NCBI RefSeq assembly: GCF_006345805.1
Contig: NC_043004.1
Span: 3,286,001 to 3,350,000 of the forward strand
DNA from: Octopus sinensis
Taxonomy: Eukaryota
DNA: 64,000 nt
Direction: 5' to 3'
Shown: in pieces, positions 62,694 to 64,000 of the stretch
How positions within the stretch are numbered: the stretch's first letter is position 1
Layout: each line of letters starts with the position of its first letter
Notes under the pieces: generated by a model
What the model saw: the letters and a program-made list of their open reading frames with translations, nothing else
Told to the model about the DNA's origin: nothing
The model's database searches: none
Translations under genes and position numbers: made by a program

Positions 62694-62916
62694 TAAAGGA
62701 TATTTGTTAACTAGTCGTTCAACTCCATTCTTTCATATACTTATAATTTTAAAATAAACATACAAATTTCCGCACGAAGACACGTAGTCTATGCCCTAGG
62801 GACGTAGCTTCAACCGTGTTCTTTCTGATGTGAATTTGCTACCCAGGTATCGGTTACCTTTCGAATTATCCTTAATAAGATAATTCATTCAGCTACTCAA
62901 AATATATATATATATA

Positions 62917-63019
62917 CAGGCTTCTTTCAGTTTCCGTCTACCAAATCCACTCACAAGCCTTTGGTCGACCCGAGGCTATAGTAGAAGACATTTGCCCAAG
63001 GTACCACACAGCCTGCGCC
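62917..63019 (-). mobile_element. SINE family A 5' part
   Basis: GCTTCTTTCAGTTTCCGTCTACCAAATCCACTCACAAG...CCTGCGCC. Confidence 0.85.
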
Positions 63020-63051
<32 letters not shown>

Positions 63052-63129
63052 TATATATATATATATATATTATAATATATATAATGTGCGGGGAATGGTG
63101 ATGACTCTAAATGATGGCTCAAGGTCAGC

Positions 63130-63325
63130 AATTTCGAAGAATGGGATAAGTCGATTATATCAACCCTCATGATCACCCTGTTCAAATGGTTCTTATTTTA
63201 TCGACCCCGTAAATATGTAAGGTAAAGTCGACCTCGGCGGAATTTGAACTCAGAACTTAGCGACAAGCGAAATACCGCTAAACATTTCCTCCACTGTGCT
63301 AACGATTCTTCCAGCACGCCGCCTT
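63130..63325 (-). mobile_element. SINE family B (diverged)
   Basis: AAAGTCGACCTCGGCGGAATTTGAACTCAGAAC block. Confidence 0.8.
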
Positions 63326-63351
63326 AATAATAATAATGATGATAATAATAA

Positions 63352-63905
63352 ATGCCCTGATGCTGTACCAGGCTCTGGCTCTCGTGGTTTCTGATCTTAA
63401 CTGATTGGAAGTTTTATCATGTACATTGTTTTGTCTTGGTACAAAAAGATGGGCTGCAGCAAATATTCTGCTCAACATAACAGATTTGCTTGTCAGTTGG
63501 TTGACCTTAACCTGTTGCGCATGTCTCTTGTTGGCTGATGATATATGCATCTCTGATCACGAGCAGAAGTAGTGGGGGAACATCATAGCCATGTGTTGAG
63601 AGGAATTTTGGAGGGTTTGGATAATTCACCTCTGGAAACATAGGTCCTTCATTCATCATCTTTAACCCTTATTCAAAGACCATTTGAGCGGGATGGGTTA
63701 CTCGACCGGAAGAAAATTCTAACTGGTTTCCACCTGCAAGTTCATGTGCTGTTAATCTTGATATGAGATCACCATGTCGCACACATATGGTTGTGATGCA
63801 ATGTGCCTGGTGTACCCTTATCAGACGGGTAGTCATGATGGGTATACTGGGCTTCCTATATTTTACCCTAGTATCACTTTGATGGCATGCACTGCTCTCT
63901 CACTC
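63352..63905. mobile_element. Unclassified interspersed-repeat-like segment bounded by (AAT)n tracts
   Basis: GC-richer block with (AAT)n on both sides; no clear protein motif recognised; single copy in window. Confidence 0.3.
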
Positions 63906-64000
63906 AATAATAATAGTAATTTTTCTTTATTAATCACTCAACGTTTATATAAGAAAGATTGGGAACGGTACGAGACAATACAGTACAGATAGAGTGGTAC

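Larger units (their letters stand above)
62369..62745. mobile_element. Palindromic element: 172/173-bp inverted arms, 32-bp spacer, one HHR per arm
   Basis: 62369-62540 is the reverse complement of 62573-62745 except one 1-nt indel. Confidence 0.92.

Overview
AT-rich, microsatellite-saturated eukaryotic DNA. The SINE families and the repeat landscape point to a coleoid cephalopod, most likely Octopus (inference from recalled repeat families, not checked against a database). No complete protein-coding gene is supportable. Almost every entry in the ORF track is a translated (CA)n/(TA)n/(GATA)n microsatellite, and only a few isolated candidate exons remain. The window is a transposon graveyard: about 35 tRNA-derived SINE copies from about five families, decayed Penelope-like elements (PLEs; RT and GIY-YIG remnants at 1-167, 5093-5526, about 9.7 kb and 44.3-45.7 kb), hAT remnants and MITEs, mariner-type MITEs, two non-autonomous Helitrons and a CR1/L2-type endonuclease remnant. 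The main unexplained signal is about 20 minimal type-I hammerhead ribozyme (HHR) motifs, read by eye. Most have the short self-complementary stem III typical of PLE/retrozyme HHRs. They occur as tandem units (359, 344, about 545 and 913 bp spacing), as a near-perfect 172-bp inverted repeat carrying one intact-looking HHR per strand (62369-62745), and with core variants: a compensatory G3:C8 swap (19081-19130), a recurrent U4C 'CCGAUGA' core and an A6U core. A 210-bp perfect inverted copy of one SINE segment sits inside another SINE 14 kb away. Ribozyme activity and expression are untested inferences.
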